This document shows, in pieces, positions 40,567 through 49,840 of a stretch of DNA of 49,840 bases. The DNA comes from Candidatus Eiseniibacteriota bacterium (lineage in GTDB: Bacteria > Eisenbacteria > RBG-16-71-46 > SZUA-252). The stretch spans positions 1 to 49,840 of the forward strand of contig JANMQV010000198.1 of assembly GCA_031370645.1 (NCBI GenBank), read 5' to 3'. Below the pieces are notes generated by a model. That model did no database searches. It was not told the DNA's origin and saw only the letters and a program-made list of their open reading frames with translations. Position numbers and translations under genes: made by a program. How positions within the stretch are numbered: the first letter of the stretch is position 1; each line of letters opens with the position of its first letter.

Positions 40567-41046
40567 ATGCTTCGTGGATTTGCCTTCGCCCTGTTGTTGC
40601 TCACGCTCGTGCCGGCGTGCTCGAACCAGCCGTCGAGGCCTACACCCATCCGGTTGCTCGAGGTGAAGTCCTCGCTCGACACCCTCTGGACCCGGTACGC
40701 GTTCGCGTCCGACGCGCATGACGCCGGCGGTTTCGAGCTTCTCTTCGTCGATGACGCGACGCTTGCGTTCTCAAGCGCACCGACGGTGAAAGGTGGCTCC
40801 GCGATCGGAGCATTCTTGGAGAAATCCTACTCCGGCGTCGACGCCACGGCGTTTCGAGTCGACGGGCAGTATTTGAACGTCATGGGAAACACGGCGTTTC
40901 AGAGCGGCGGGTTCGAGGAGGACTTCACCGAGGGCGGCGTCGAGAAGACCAAGTACGGTCGCTTCACGCTCTATGCGGAACAGGCGGCGAACCACGAGTG
41001 GCGGATCCGAAACCTCACCGCCATCGCCGACTCGGTCCGCCCCTGA
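40567..41046 (+). CDS. NTF2/SnoaL-like lipoprotein
   Basis: Lipobox-like VPAC; LFVDDA..KG..AI, C-terminal WRI. Confidence 0.75.
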   Translation: MLRGFAFALLLLTLVPACSNQPSRPTPIRLLEVKSSLDTLWTRYAFASDAHDAGGFELLFVDDATLAFSSAPTVKGGSAIGAFLEKSYSGVDATAFRVDGQYLNVMGNTAFQSGGFEEDFTEGGVEKTKYGRFTLYAEQAANHEWRIRNLTAIADSVRP

Positions 41047-41050
41047 GCCG

Positions 41051-41626
<576 letters not shown>

Positions 41627-41653
41627 CGTCGAACGTACGAATCGAGGAGAACC

Positions 41654-42130
41654 ATGGGCACGATCATCAAGGCAGGCGTGATTCTCGGAATCCTCGTCGA
41701 ACTCTGGACGGTGGTCGTCATCGCCGCGGGGTGGCACAAGGATCCGGCGATGATGGCTCTTTTCTTTCTCGTCATTCCGATTCAGATCACGGTCATCGTC
41801 ATGACACTCAAACAGACGGCCGCGACGACGCGCTTTCCAGGACAGGTGATGAACGGGTTCGTGCTCTCGAGCATCGCGGGAGCGATCATCTTCGTCGGTT
41901 CGTACCTTCTCACCACCGTCGCTTTCCCCCACTACTTCAGCGAATTGCAGGCCGCCGCGACGGACATTCTCGCGAAGGCCGGGAAGAGCCCCGATGAAAT
42001 CGCCGCGGAGATGAAGAAGAACGCGGGGATGTACGACCCGATCTGGAATTCACTCTCGGGTTTCATCGGAACGGAAGTGACCGGACTCTTCGTCTCGTCC
42101 ATCGTCGCCATCTTCGTGCGGAAGAAATAG
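41654..42130 (+). CDS. DUF4199-like membrane protein
   Basis: Four TMs with an extracytoplasmic helical loop, ends AIFVRKK. Confidence 0.65.
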   Translation: MGTIIKAGVILGILVELWTVVVIAAGWHKDPAMMALFFLVIPIQITVIVMTLKQTAATTRFPGQVMNGFVLSSIAGAIIFVGSYLLTTVAFPHYFSELQAAATDILAKAGKSPDEIAAEMKKNAGMYDPIWNSLSGFIGTEVTGLFVSSIVAIFVRKK

Positions 42131-42135
42131 GTTCG

Positions 42136-43218
42136 GTGGCTTCCCTCTCGCTCCGCGACCTCTCGCTCACCTACCCGAACGGCGCCCGCGCCGTGGACGG
42201 GATCTCGCTCGAGTTGCCGGACGGCGCGTTCCTGGCGCTCCTCGGCCCCTCCGGCTGTGGGAAGTCGTCCCTTTTGCGAATGATCGCCGGGCTCGAGACG
42301 CCGACTTCGGGCGCGGTGCTCCTCGACGGGCGAGACGTCACCGACACCGAGCCGAAAGACCGTGACGTCGCGATGGTCTTCCAGGGACTCGCGCTCTACC
42401 CCCACATGACGGTCGCGGAGAACATGAGCCTCGGACTTCGCGCGCGCCGCACGCCGGAGGAGGAAATTCGCCGTCGTGTGTCCGAGGCGGCGGAGATGTT
42501 GGGGCTCACCCGCTATCTCTCGAAGAAGCCGCGCGAACTCTCCGGGGGCGAGCGGCAGCGCGTGGCTCTCGGACGAGCGCTCGTGCGGCGCCCGAAAGTA
42601 TTCCTCTTCGACGAACCTCTCTCCTCTCTCGACGCGCAACTCCGCCAGGAACTCCGCGAAGAGTTGGCGCGGCTCCACGCCCACACGCGGACCACGTCGG
42701 TCTACGTGACGCACGACCAGAAGGAAGCCCTGTCCCTCGGCGATCGGGTGGCGGTGCTTCGCGCCGGGAGACTGCGGCAGGTGGCGACACCGGAGGCGAT
42801 CTACCGCGAGCCGGGCGATCTCTTCGTGGCGCGCTTCGTGGGGGAGCCGGCGATCAATGTGGTCGAGGGGGAGTGGCGGACGGAGTCGGGAAGTACGGCG
42901 TTTCACGCGCCGGGGCTGCATCTCGCCGTCTTGGGAGTCGCAGCGGCGGTTGCGGCCGGCACTCGCGCGGTTTCGCTCGGAGTTAGGCCGGAGCATGTCG
43001 CCCTCGCTACCTCGGGCGCCGCGACCCAAGCAAAGGTGGAACGAGTGGAGCGCCTCGGCGGCGAGACGCTCGTTCATCTGCGCGGCACCTGGGGTGCCAT
43101 GATCGCGCGAATCGCGCCGGCGGCAACCCCGCCGGAAGCGCGGACGACCATCGGCATCGCGCTCGATCCCAAACACGCGATTTACTTCGATCGGGAATCG
43201 GGAGCGCGAATCGTTTAG
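42136..43218 (+). CDS. sugar-type ABC ATPase (MalK/UgpC family)
   Basis: GPSGCGKS, LSGGERQR, FLFDEPLS, YVTHDQ, TOBE C-terminus GVRPEH. Confidence 0.93.
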   Translation: MASLSLRDLSLTYPNGARAVDGISLELPDGAFLALLGPSGCGKSSLLRMIAGLETPTSGAVLLDGRDVTDTEPKDRDVAMVFQGLALYPHMTVAENMSLGLRARRTPEEEIRRRVSEAAEMLGLTRYLSKKPRELSGGERQRVALGRALVRRPKVFLFDEPLSSLDAQLRQELREELARLHAHTRTTSVYVTHDQKEALSLGDRVAVLRAGRLRQVATPEAIYREPGDLFVARFVGEPAINVVEGEWRTESGSTAFHAPGLHLAVLGVAAAVAAGTRAVSLGVRPEHVALATSGAATQAKVERVERLGGETLVHLRGTWGAMIARIAPAATPPEARTTIGIALDPKHAIYFDRESGARIV

Positions 43219-43257
43219 GCAGTCCCTCCACGCACGTACGTATGCTTCAATCTATTC

Positions 43258-44040
43258 ATGAACGATCATGAGTCGGAATCCCCCCTCGATCTCGACGGAC
43301 TGGCGGTCGGATCCGATGCCGCGGCACCACGCGAATCGCCCCCGGCCGACCCTCGCTCCCTCTCGACGGTCGCGCCCGCGTGGCACACGGCCATCCTCCT
43401 CCTCTTCCTCGGCGGAATCAGTTGGCTGAGCGCCGCCTCGGCGCCGGGTGACGGACCGTCGACCACGGTTCCGCGCCCCTTTATCTACGCTACGGTGCTC
43501 GTCTTTCAGTGGATGCTCTTCGGAATCGCGTACTGGGGACTGCGGCTCCGCCGTGTCTCCATCGGCTCGCTCATTTCCTATCGCTGGAGAGGATGGAGCG
43601 GCCTCGGGCGCTGCCTCCTCCTCGCCGCGGGCTGTTGGATCATCGCCTTCTTCGCGGTAGCCCAGGGACTCGACGCGACCGGAATGCGCGATCCCGACGA
43701 AATTCGCCGCGTCGTCGAGATGATCGCTCCCCACGGGGCATTCGAAATCGCGATTTGGATCGTGGTCGCCGTGACGGCGGGATTCGTGGAGGAGGTCGTC
43801 TTCCGAGGGTACCTCCAGCGGCAATTCTCCGCCTGGACTCACCACCACATCGCCGGTTGCGCGATCACGGCCCTCGTTTTCGGCGCCGGGCACCTCTATC
43901 AGGGCCTCGCTTCGGCCGCCCTCATCACGATCGCCGGGTTCGCGATCTCCCTCTTCGCCTACGCCTCGCGAAGCCTTGCCCCGGGGATGGTCGCGCACGC
44001 GTTCGAGGACCTCATTTCCGGGATCGCCGGGCGCGGATAG
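43258..44040 (+). CDS. CPBP (Abi) family intramembrane metalloprotease
   Basis: EEVVFRG, FGAGHLYQG, AH..ED. Confidence 0.9.
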   Translation: MNDHESESPLDLDGLAVGSDAAAPRESPPADPRSLSTVAPAWHTAILLLFLGGISWLSAASAPGDGPSTTVPRPFIYATVLVFQWMLFGIAYWGLRLRRVSIGSLISYRWRGWSGLGRCLLLAAGCWIIAFFAVAQGLDATGMRDPDEIRRVVEMIAPHGAFEIAIWIVVAVTAGFVEEVVFRGYLQRQFSAWTHHHIAGCAITALVFGAGHLYQGLASAALITIAGFAISLFAYASRSLAPGMVAHAFEDLISGIAGRG

Positions 44041-44204
44041 AGCCCCGAAGCGCCTCGGGAGAAGGGGCGGAAATGCCCGCCCGCTGTGGTAAACTTAGGG
44101 CCTTAGAGGAATCCGCCTCGAGCGACCGATCCCGATCAGGCCCCTTGGACCGATCCTCGCGACGAGCCGACTTCCTGAACGGAACGGACCGGATCGGAGC
44201 ATCG

Positions 44205-45959
44205 ATGAACTGCACCCTCGTGCCGTCGCGGCGTCGCCGCTATTTCCGGACGTTCCCAGCGATCTTGGCGATCGCACTCTTCGCGACTACCGCTCTTCCC
44301 CTCGCGAATCCAGCGCAGGCCGCGACCTCGCGGGCGGTCCCCATCGTGCCCGATCCACTTTTCGTGCCCGGCGAACTCCTCGTCCAGTTCCGCCCCGAAG
44401 TCGCGAAGTCCGACCGCGCCCGCGTGGCGCGAGAAGGAGGGGCCACGCTCTCGCGCGAGGTGACCGCGGACGGACTCGTGAAGGTGCTGCTAGGGCCCGG
44501 GGACACGGTGGAGGGCGCCGAAGCGCGCTTCCGCGCTCGCGCCGACGTCGAGTACGCGATTCCGAATCTCCGCGCCAAGGCCTTCTTCACGCCGAACGAT
44601 TCGCTCATCACCTCCAAGGATATGGACCTCGCCTGGAATCTCCGGAGCGTCCATGCCTACGACGCCTGGGACATCCAGACGGGCGATCCCGATATCGTCG
44701 TCGCCATCGTCGACACGGGCGTCGCCTATGAGGATCACGAAATTCCCGCGTATGAAAGCGCTCGGCTCTGGCCGGGGACGACGAGGTACAAGCGCTCGCC
44801 GGACCTGCCGGGACCATTCGTGCCGGGATGGGACTTCGTCTACGGCGATGCCTTCGCGGACGACGACAACGGACACGGCACGACTGTCGCCACCATCGTC
44901 GCCGGCGCCCCGAACAACATCGCCGGGAGCGCGGGGATCGCCTTCGGCGTGACGATCATGCCGATCAAGGTGATCGACTGGCAGCGCGACTCCGAGATGT
45001 CGTTGATCACGAGCGGCATCCGATTCGCGGCCGAACATGGCGCCGACATCGTGAATCTCTCGCTCGGCTTCCCGCCGCTCGACACGTTTCGGGGCCTCGG
45101 CTACACCGAAACTCAGATTCGCGAAATGTTCCGCCCGCTCCGCGAGGCCGTGAACTACGCGCAGCGGCGCGGCTCGATCCTCGTCGGGTCGGCGGGCAAT
45201 TTCGACGCCAGCGAAGTCAGCCTTCCCGCTGGCTACCCTGGCGTGATCGCCGTAGGCGCCACCGATCCCGACGGCCGGCGCTCTTCCTACTCCTCGTACG
45301 GCCGCGACCTCGACTTCATGGCCCCGGGCGGCGACTTCACGGATCTCAACAACGACCACGTTCAGGACGCCGTCTTCGTTCTGTCGATCAAACCGAACCG
45401 CTCCGAGGGCTCGCTCGCGAAGCCCGACTCTTTTGGCTGCTTCCCCTTCTTCGGAACCTCAGGCTCCGCTCCGCACGTCTCCGGCGCGGTGGCGCTCTTG
45501 ATGTCGAAGGGATACCGCTCCCAGGGCGCCATCGAGCAGACGCTTCGCGACACCTCGGTTCGGCCGCCCGACCGGCCGACCGGCCTCGACGCCGAATACG
45601 GCGCGGGCCTCATTCAGCTCGACGCCGCGCTCCGCGCGCGGATGCCGAAGAGCGCGGGCTCCGCGACGACGGAAGCAACGGGAACGATCGCCGCGCGCCT
45701 TCTCTCGCGGAATCCCGCGCGAGGCGACGTATCGATCGCCTATCGAAGCGAGCGGCCCGGCCGCGTGCGCGTGCGCGTCTTCGATGTGAGGGGAGCGCTG
45801 GTGCGGACCATCGAGGATCGCGACGTTCCGGCCGGCGAGCAGCGCGCGCGATGGGATGGCCGAGACGACGCCGGTGGCCACGCGGCCGCGGGAGTTTATC
45901 TCTTCCGCGTCGAGACCCCTGCGGGCATCGCCACGCGCAAGGTCGCCTTCCTGCGTTAG
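44205..45959 (+). CDS. exported S8 serine peptidase with C-terminal FlgD-Ig-like domain
   Basis: IVDTG, GHGT, GTSGSAPHV; tail FDVRGALVRT..WDGRDD.G..GVY. Confidence 0.9.
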   Translation: MNCTLVPSRRRRYFRTFPAILAIALFATTALPLANPAQAATSRAVPIVPDPLFVPGELLVQFRPEVAKSDRARVAREGGATLSREVTADGLVKVLLGPGDTVEGAEARFRARADVEYAIPNLRAKAFFTPNDSLITSKDMDLAWNLRSVHAYDAWDIQTGDPDIVVAIVDTGVAYEDHEIPAYESARLWPGTTRYKRSPDLPGPFVPGWDFVYGDAFADDDNGHGTTVATIVAGAPNNIAGSAGIAFGVTIMPIKVIDWQRDSEMSLITSGIRFAAEHGADIVNLSLGFPPLDTFRGLGYTETQIREMFRPLREAVNYAQRRGSILVGSAGNFDASEVSLPAGYPGVIAVGATDPDGRRSSYSSYGRDLDFMAPGGDFTDLNNDHVQDAVFVLSIKPNRSEGSLAKPDSFGCFPFFGTSGSAPHVSGAVALLMSKGYRSQGAIEQTLRDTSVRPPDRPTGLDAEYGAGLIQLDAALRARMPKSAGSATTEATGTIAARLLSRNPARGDVSIAYRSERPGRVRVRVFDVRGALVRTIEDRDVPAGEQRARWDGRDDAGGHAAAGVYLFRVETPAGIATRKVAFLR

Positions 45960-46027
45960 ACTCCGGACTTCGAAGAAGTATCAGCCGGGCTCGCCCCGCG
46001 CCTGACCCTCATGGAGGAGGAACGGGA

Positions 46028-46546
46028 ATGATCGATTCACGCCACGTTCGCGCCGCGCGCGTCCGAATATCCGCCGCATCCCTTTTTGCCATCCTGCTCA
46101 CGCTATCGATCGCCTTCGCCACTCCCGCGCACGCCGGCGAACCCTCGGGAAAGAGCGTGACGGCGGTCGGCACGCCCACGACCGGCGGCCGCGAAACAGC
46201 ACTCGCCCGGATTCAGCGCATGGTCGCGCGCCTCAATCAGGAATCTTCGACGCCCGAAGGAGAAGCGGTCGTCGTCGCGCGGCTGGCGGGGCAATATCGC
46301 ACGAGTCCCGACTCGCTTCGGGCGCAACGGTCGGCGTGGGGACTCGGCTACGGCGAGGTCGCCATGGCGTACGGCTTCGCGCGCAGCAGCCGGAAGCCCG
46401 GCACCACGCCCGAACAGGTCGTCACGATGCGGCGCGAGGGAAGATCGTGGGAGTCGATCGCGAAGGAACTTGGCGTGAAAGTGGACGCCGTGGCTTCGCG
46501 GATGAAGCGGCAGGTCGGCCCGAAGAGTGCTGCCGCGAAGAAGTAA
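46028..46546 (+). CDS. exported hypothetical protein
   Basis: GGAGG RBS, signal peptide ending AHA|GE, GYGEV..A..G.SW..IAKELGV. Confidence 0.75.
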   Translation: MIDSRHVRAARVRISAASLFAILLTLSIAFATPAHAGEPSGKSVTAVGTPTTGGRETALARIQRMVARLNQESSTPEGEAVVVARLAGQYRTSPDSLRAQRSAWGLGYGEVAMAYGFARSSRKPGTTPEQVVTMRREGRSWESIAKELGVKVDAVASRMKRQVGPKSAAAKK

Positions 46547-46556
46547 GTAGCGCGCG

Positions 46557-47741
46557 CTAGCGCTTTGTCCCGGTGGCCGGGGTCGCGCTCTTCTTCGTCG
46601 TCGTCTTTGTCGTCGTCTTCTTAGGCACCACCGACTTCGTGGTGGTCGTCTTGCCCGCGGGCAGGGTCTTGAACGACGGCGCCTTCTTCGCGGGAGCCGG
46701 CGGGGGCGGCGGCGGAATCGTGATGTCGCTCGCTACCCAGATATCCTCTTTGCCGGGCCCGCTGACGGTGTACCAGATCTCCTTCCCGTCGGCGGACCAG
46801 GTCGGCTTCGAGCAATTCCCGCCCGTCGTGACCTGCACCGGGGGGCGCTTTCGCTCCACGTCCACGAGCCAAACGTCGTTCTTCATGTTGACCCGCTTCG
46901 CGACAGCGATCCACTTCCCGTCGGGCGACCACGTCGGCCAGACGTCCTCGTCCTTCTCTTCCGCCTTGAGAAGGCCCGAGAGCTGAATCGGCTTCCCGCC
47001 ATCCACCGAGACCTTGAAGACGCGGAACGCCGCGAAGATGGCGGTCCGCGTCGACTGCATCCCATTCCCGAGCTGCACGACCTTCGTCGTGTCGACGTCC
47101 TTCGAGACGAAGGAGATCCATTTTCCGTCGGGCGACCACGTCGGATGGCCGGGGCTACCGTTCATCTTCGTGATTTGCCGCGCCCAGTGTCCGCTCGACT
47201 CGCCGTCGGGGCCCATGAGGTAGAGGTTGTAGCCGTAGAGCGATCCGGAATCGAGGCGGTTCGACGGAAAGGCGATCTGCGAAGCGTCCGGCGAGTACGA
47301 CGCGAAACGATGGCTCCCTGGGGCGCGCGTCATCTGCTTCGCCTTTCCACCCTCGAGCGGGATGGAGTAGACGTTGTACTGCTTATCGCGCGTGGAGACG
47401 TAAAGGATCGTTTTCGAATCGGGCGACCAGGTGGGGGTCATGGCGCGAGCAGAGTCGGGCTCGTTCGTTACCTGGCGCGCATCTCCGCCGCCGATCGGCA
47501 TCACCCAGATTTCGGTGAGCGTGCCCGTCTTCGCCATCGTGAAGGCGAGCCACTTCCCGTCGGGCGAAGGAGTCGGATCGCTCTCACGCATGGTGTCGGT
47601 GAGGGCCGGGCGGAATTGCGTGGCGGCCGCGGGGATCGCCGGCACAGCGAACACCGCCAAAAGGACGAGTGCAAAGACCGCAACCCCTTGGGGCGCATTG
47701 GCTACGGAATCAAGCAGTGAGTTGAAACGCGTCTGAATCAT
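46557..47741 (-). CDS. TolB-like PD40 beta-propeller protein with Pro/Lys/Thr-rich tail
   Basis: Repeated P.WSPDG motifs, signal-like segment, tail PPPPPAPAKK..TTTKTTTKK. Confidence 0.85.
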   Translation of the reverse strand: MIQTRFNSLLDSVANAPQGVAVFALVLLAVFAVPAIPAAATQFRPALTDTMRESDPTPSPDGKWLAFTMAKTGTLTEIWVMPIGGGDARQVTNEPDSARAMTPTWSPDSKTILYVSTRDKQYNVYSIPLEGGKAKQMTRAPGSHRFASYSPDASQIAFPSNRLDSGSLYGYNLYLMGPDGESSGHWARQITKMNGSPGHPTWSPDGKWISFVSKDVDTTKVVQLGNGMQSTRTAIFAAFRVFKVSVDGGKPIQLSGLLKAEEKDEDVWPTWSPDGKWIAVAKRVNMKNDVWLVDVERKRPPVQVTTGGNCSKPTWSADGKEIWYTVSGPGKEDIWVASDITIPPPPPPAPAKKAPSFKTLPAGKTTTTKSVVPKKTTTKTTTKKSATPATGTKR

Positions 47742-47778
47742 CGCCTGTAGTACCCCGGAATCGCCCCTTCGGTTTCGG

Positions 47779-48369
47779 TCAGGGACGGGGCGTGAAACCC
47801 TCGCCGACCGTGATCACCTCGTAGGAAGCGACGCTCAACGCGTGCTTTCGGATCTGACTCCACGGGCGATCGAACACGTAGCACTTGAGAAGCGCGAGAA
47901 CCACCTGGTGGGAAACGATCGCGAGCAGTCCCTTTCCCTCTTCGGGGTGCCGCGCCAAGATATCCTTCATCGCGCCGACCGCGCGATCGTGAACCGCCTG
48001 GAGCGGCTCGATGCCCGGAAGATCGACGGCGCTCGGATCTTCCCGCCACCGGCGATAGAGCTCGGGGTCGGGGAGATCGGCCTCCAGCATGCCTTCCCAG
48101 TCGCCGTGATGAATCTCGTTCAGGCGCGCGTCGGTCGTGATGTTGAGGCTGTGCGGCCCCGCGACGTACGACGCGGTCTCGAGCGCGCGCGGCAACTCGC
48201 TCGAGTAGATCGCCTGCAGCGGCACTTCCCAGAGAAGCCGCGCGAGCCCCTTCGCCTGCTCCTTCCCCGCTTCGTTGATCGGAGCGCCGGTCGAGCCCTG
48301 GAGCCGCTTCTCGCGGTTCCAGTCGGTCTCGCCATGGCGAACGAAGACGATGTCGCGGCCGCGGGACAT
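47779..48369 (-). CDS. histidine phosphatase family protein
   Basis: RHGETDWN, SSEL.RA.ETA, LNEI..G.WEG, VSH. Confidence 0.92.
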   Translation of the reverse strand: MSRGRDIVFVRHGETDWNREKRLQGSTGAPINEAGKEQAKGLARLLWEVPLQAIYSSELPRALETASYVAGPHSLNITTDARLNEIHHGDWEGMLEADLPDPELYRRWREDPSAVDLPGIEPLQAVHDRAVGAMKDILARHPEEGKGLLAIVSHQVVLALLKCYVFDRPWSQIRKHALSVASYEVITVGEGFTPRP

Positions 48370-48377
48370 GCGGGGGA

Positions 48378-49451
48378 CTAGAGACGTCCTTCGCGCTCGA
48401 GGATCTCCGCGTTCAGGATCGCCGCGCCCGCGGCGCCTCGTACGACGTTGTGGCCGACCGCGTCGAATTTCCAGTCGAGCACGCTGCAGGGGCGAAGCCG
48501 CCCCATCGTGATGCCCATGCCTCCGTCGCGATCGGCGTCGAGCCGTGGCTGCGGGCGGTCGTCTTCCTCGCGGTAGAGAATCGGCTGCTCCGGCGCACTC
48601 GGGAGCGACAGCTTTGAAAGCGGGCGAAACGCGGCGATGGCCGCGAGGATCGCCTTTCGCGTCGGGCGGCGGCTGAATTTCACGCTCACCGCCGTGAGAT
48701 GCCCGTCGATCACGGCGACCCGGTGGCACGCGGCGCTCAGCGCGAAGTCGGCCGGCTCGATCGTCTTCTTTCCGAGGCGTCCGAGAATCTTGTGCGTCTC
48801 GCTCTCCATCTTCCCTTCCTCGCCCGCGATGTACGGCACGACGTTTCCCAGAATGTCGAGCGAAGGGACGCCCGGGTAGCCGGCGCCGCTCGTGGCCTGG
48901 AAGGTCGTCACGATCACCTGCTCCACGCCGAAGGCGCGATGGAGCGGTGCCAGCACCATCGCGAGAACGATGGTCGAGCAGTTGGGGTTCGTGATGATCC
49001 CGCCCGTCTTGTACGGCTGGCGCTCCAGCAATTCCAGGTGGTCGCGGTTCACTTCAGGAATCACGAGCGGCACGAGCGCGCCCATCCGGTGATTCCGCGC
49101 GTTGGAGGAGACCATGTGTCCGGCCTTCGCGTAGTGCGACTCCACCTCGCCCGCCACCGACGCGTCGAGCGAAGAGAAGAGAAGCCGGGAGCGAAGCGGA
49201 TCGCCCGGGCGCTTCACCTTCAATGTGGCGACCGAGGCGGGAATGTCGCTCGGCAGTTTCCACCGGGAGCCGGTCGCCTCGGCGTACGACTTTCCGGCGC
49301 TCTGGTCGGAGGCCATGACCTCGGCCACCTCGAACCAGGGGTGGTGCTCCAGGAGCTGGACAAAGCGCTGCCCGACCGTGCCGGTCGCCCCCAGTATGGC
49401 CACTGGCCGCCTGCGGGAAGTCGTTGCGGGAACGCGCTTTCTTGTTACCAT
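48378..49451 (-). CDS. asd: aspartate-semialdehyde dehydrogenase
   Basis: ILGATGTVGQ, VIPEVN, NPNCST, SGAG, GHNVVRGAAG. Confidence 0.95.
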   Translation of the reverse strand: MVTRKRVPATTSRRRPVAILGATGTVGQRFVQLLEHHPWFEVAEVMASDQSAGKSYAEATGSRWKLPSDIPASVATLKVKRPGDPLRSRLLFSSLDASVAGEVESHYAKAGHMVSSNARNHRMGALVPLVIPEVNRDHLELLERQPYKTGGIITNPNCSTIVLAMVLAPLHRAFGVEQVIVTTFQATSGAGYPGVPSLDILGNVVPYIAGEEGKMESETHKILGRLGKKTIEPADFALSAACHRVAVIDGHLTAVSVKFSRRPTRKAILAAIAAFRPLSKLSLPSAPEQPILYREEDDRPQPRLDADRDGGMGITMGRLRPCSVLDWKFDAVGHNVVRGAAGAAILNAEILEREGRL

Positions 49452-49481
49452 ACGCCTTCCATGATAGAGGCCCTCACCGCC

Positions 49482-49840
49482 ATGTCGCAATGCCTCATCC
49501 GAGCCTGCTCGCGCCTTCGCCGGGCATCGCTTCGTTCGGCCGCTCTCCTCGCCTGCGCCGCGGTCGCGATTGCCACCGCGACGCCGGGCAAGGCGAGCGC
49601 CACTCCCATCACGCAGATCGCCACCAATCCCGCGAACAACGCCGATCGCGTCGCACCCGAAGCGGAACTCTCCTTCGTCTTCGATCAGCCGACCGCGAAG
49701 AGCGGTGCTTTCTCGGTGGCCGATCTCGACTCGGGAGCGGGCGGCGTGCTCCTCGCGCTTCAGTCGCCGCGCTGGTCGGCCCTCGGAGACACGGTTTACC
49801 TGAAGCCGGTTCAATCGATGACGTTCGGCCATCTCCACGG
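49482..49840 (+). CDS. exported protein with Ig-like (Big_5-type) domain, partial
   Basis: Not in the ORF track; open from ATG 49482 to the window edge: signal peptide ..ASA|TP, TNPANNA..LSFVFDQP..WS..DTVYLKP. Confidence 0.7.
   Translation, partial: MSQCLIRACSRLRRASLRSAALLACAAVAIATATPGKASATPITQIATNPANNADRVAPEAELSFVFDQPTAKSGAFSVADLDSGAGGVLLALQSPRWSALGDTVYLKPVQSMTFGHLH

Noticed and set aside
43258-44040. Abi-domain gene as abortive-infection defence
   Set aside because: CPBP family membrane protease motifs; the Abi name does not imply phage defence and no defence context is present.

Overview
GC-rich bacterial chromosomal window from a diderm organism. A FlgD-Ig-tailed subtilase and a Fibrobacter-like SOS box suggest an FCB-related candidate lineage such as Ca. 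Eisenbacteria; this is inference only. The left part holds housekeeping genes (guaB, tRNA-CAU, tilS, ftsH, a frameshifted folP, cdaA), secreted hydrolases, two cold-shock genes and a KimA-like transporter. The centre carries a small SOS regulon readable directly from sequence. Three minus-strand sigma70 promoters each have the 17-bp spacer filled by the palindrome A(C/G)TGCACA-WW-TGTGCA(G/C)T. They drive (i) a probably leaderless lexA, (ii) a stand-alone 83-aa DUF6504-like gene and (iii) a translationally coupled dinB (Pol IV)-DUF72-MrfA-like helicase-MrfB-like exonuclease operon. These units alternate with plus-strand arrays of small detox/stress genes (GNATs, tag, VOC, methyltransferases, TMEM175). 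The right part encodes secreted proteins, a TolB-like protein, a histidine phosphatase and asd. No CRISPR array, rRNA, transposase or integrase was seen. All product calls come from motif recognition, not database searches.
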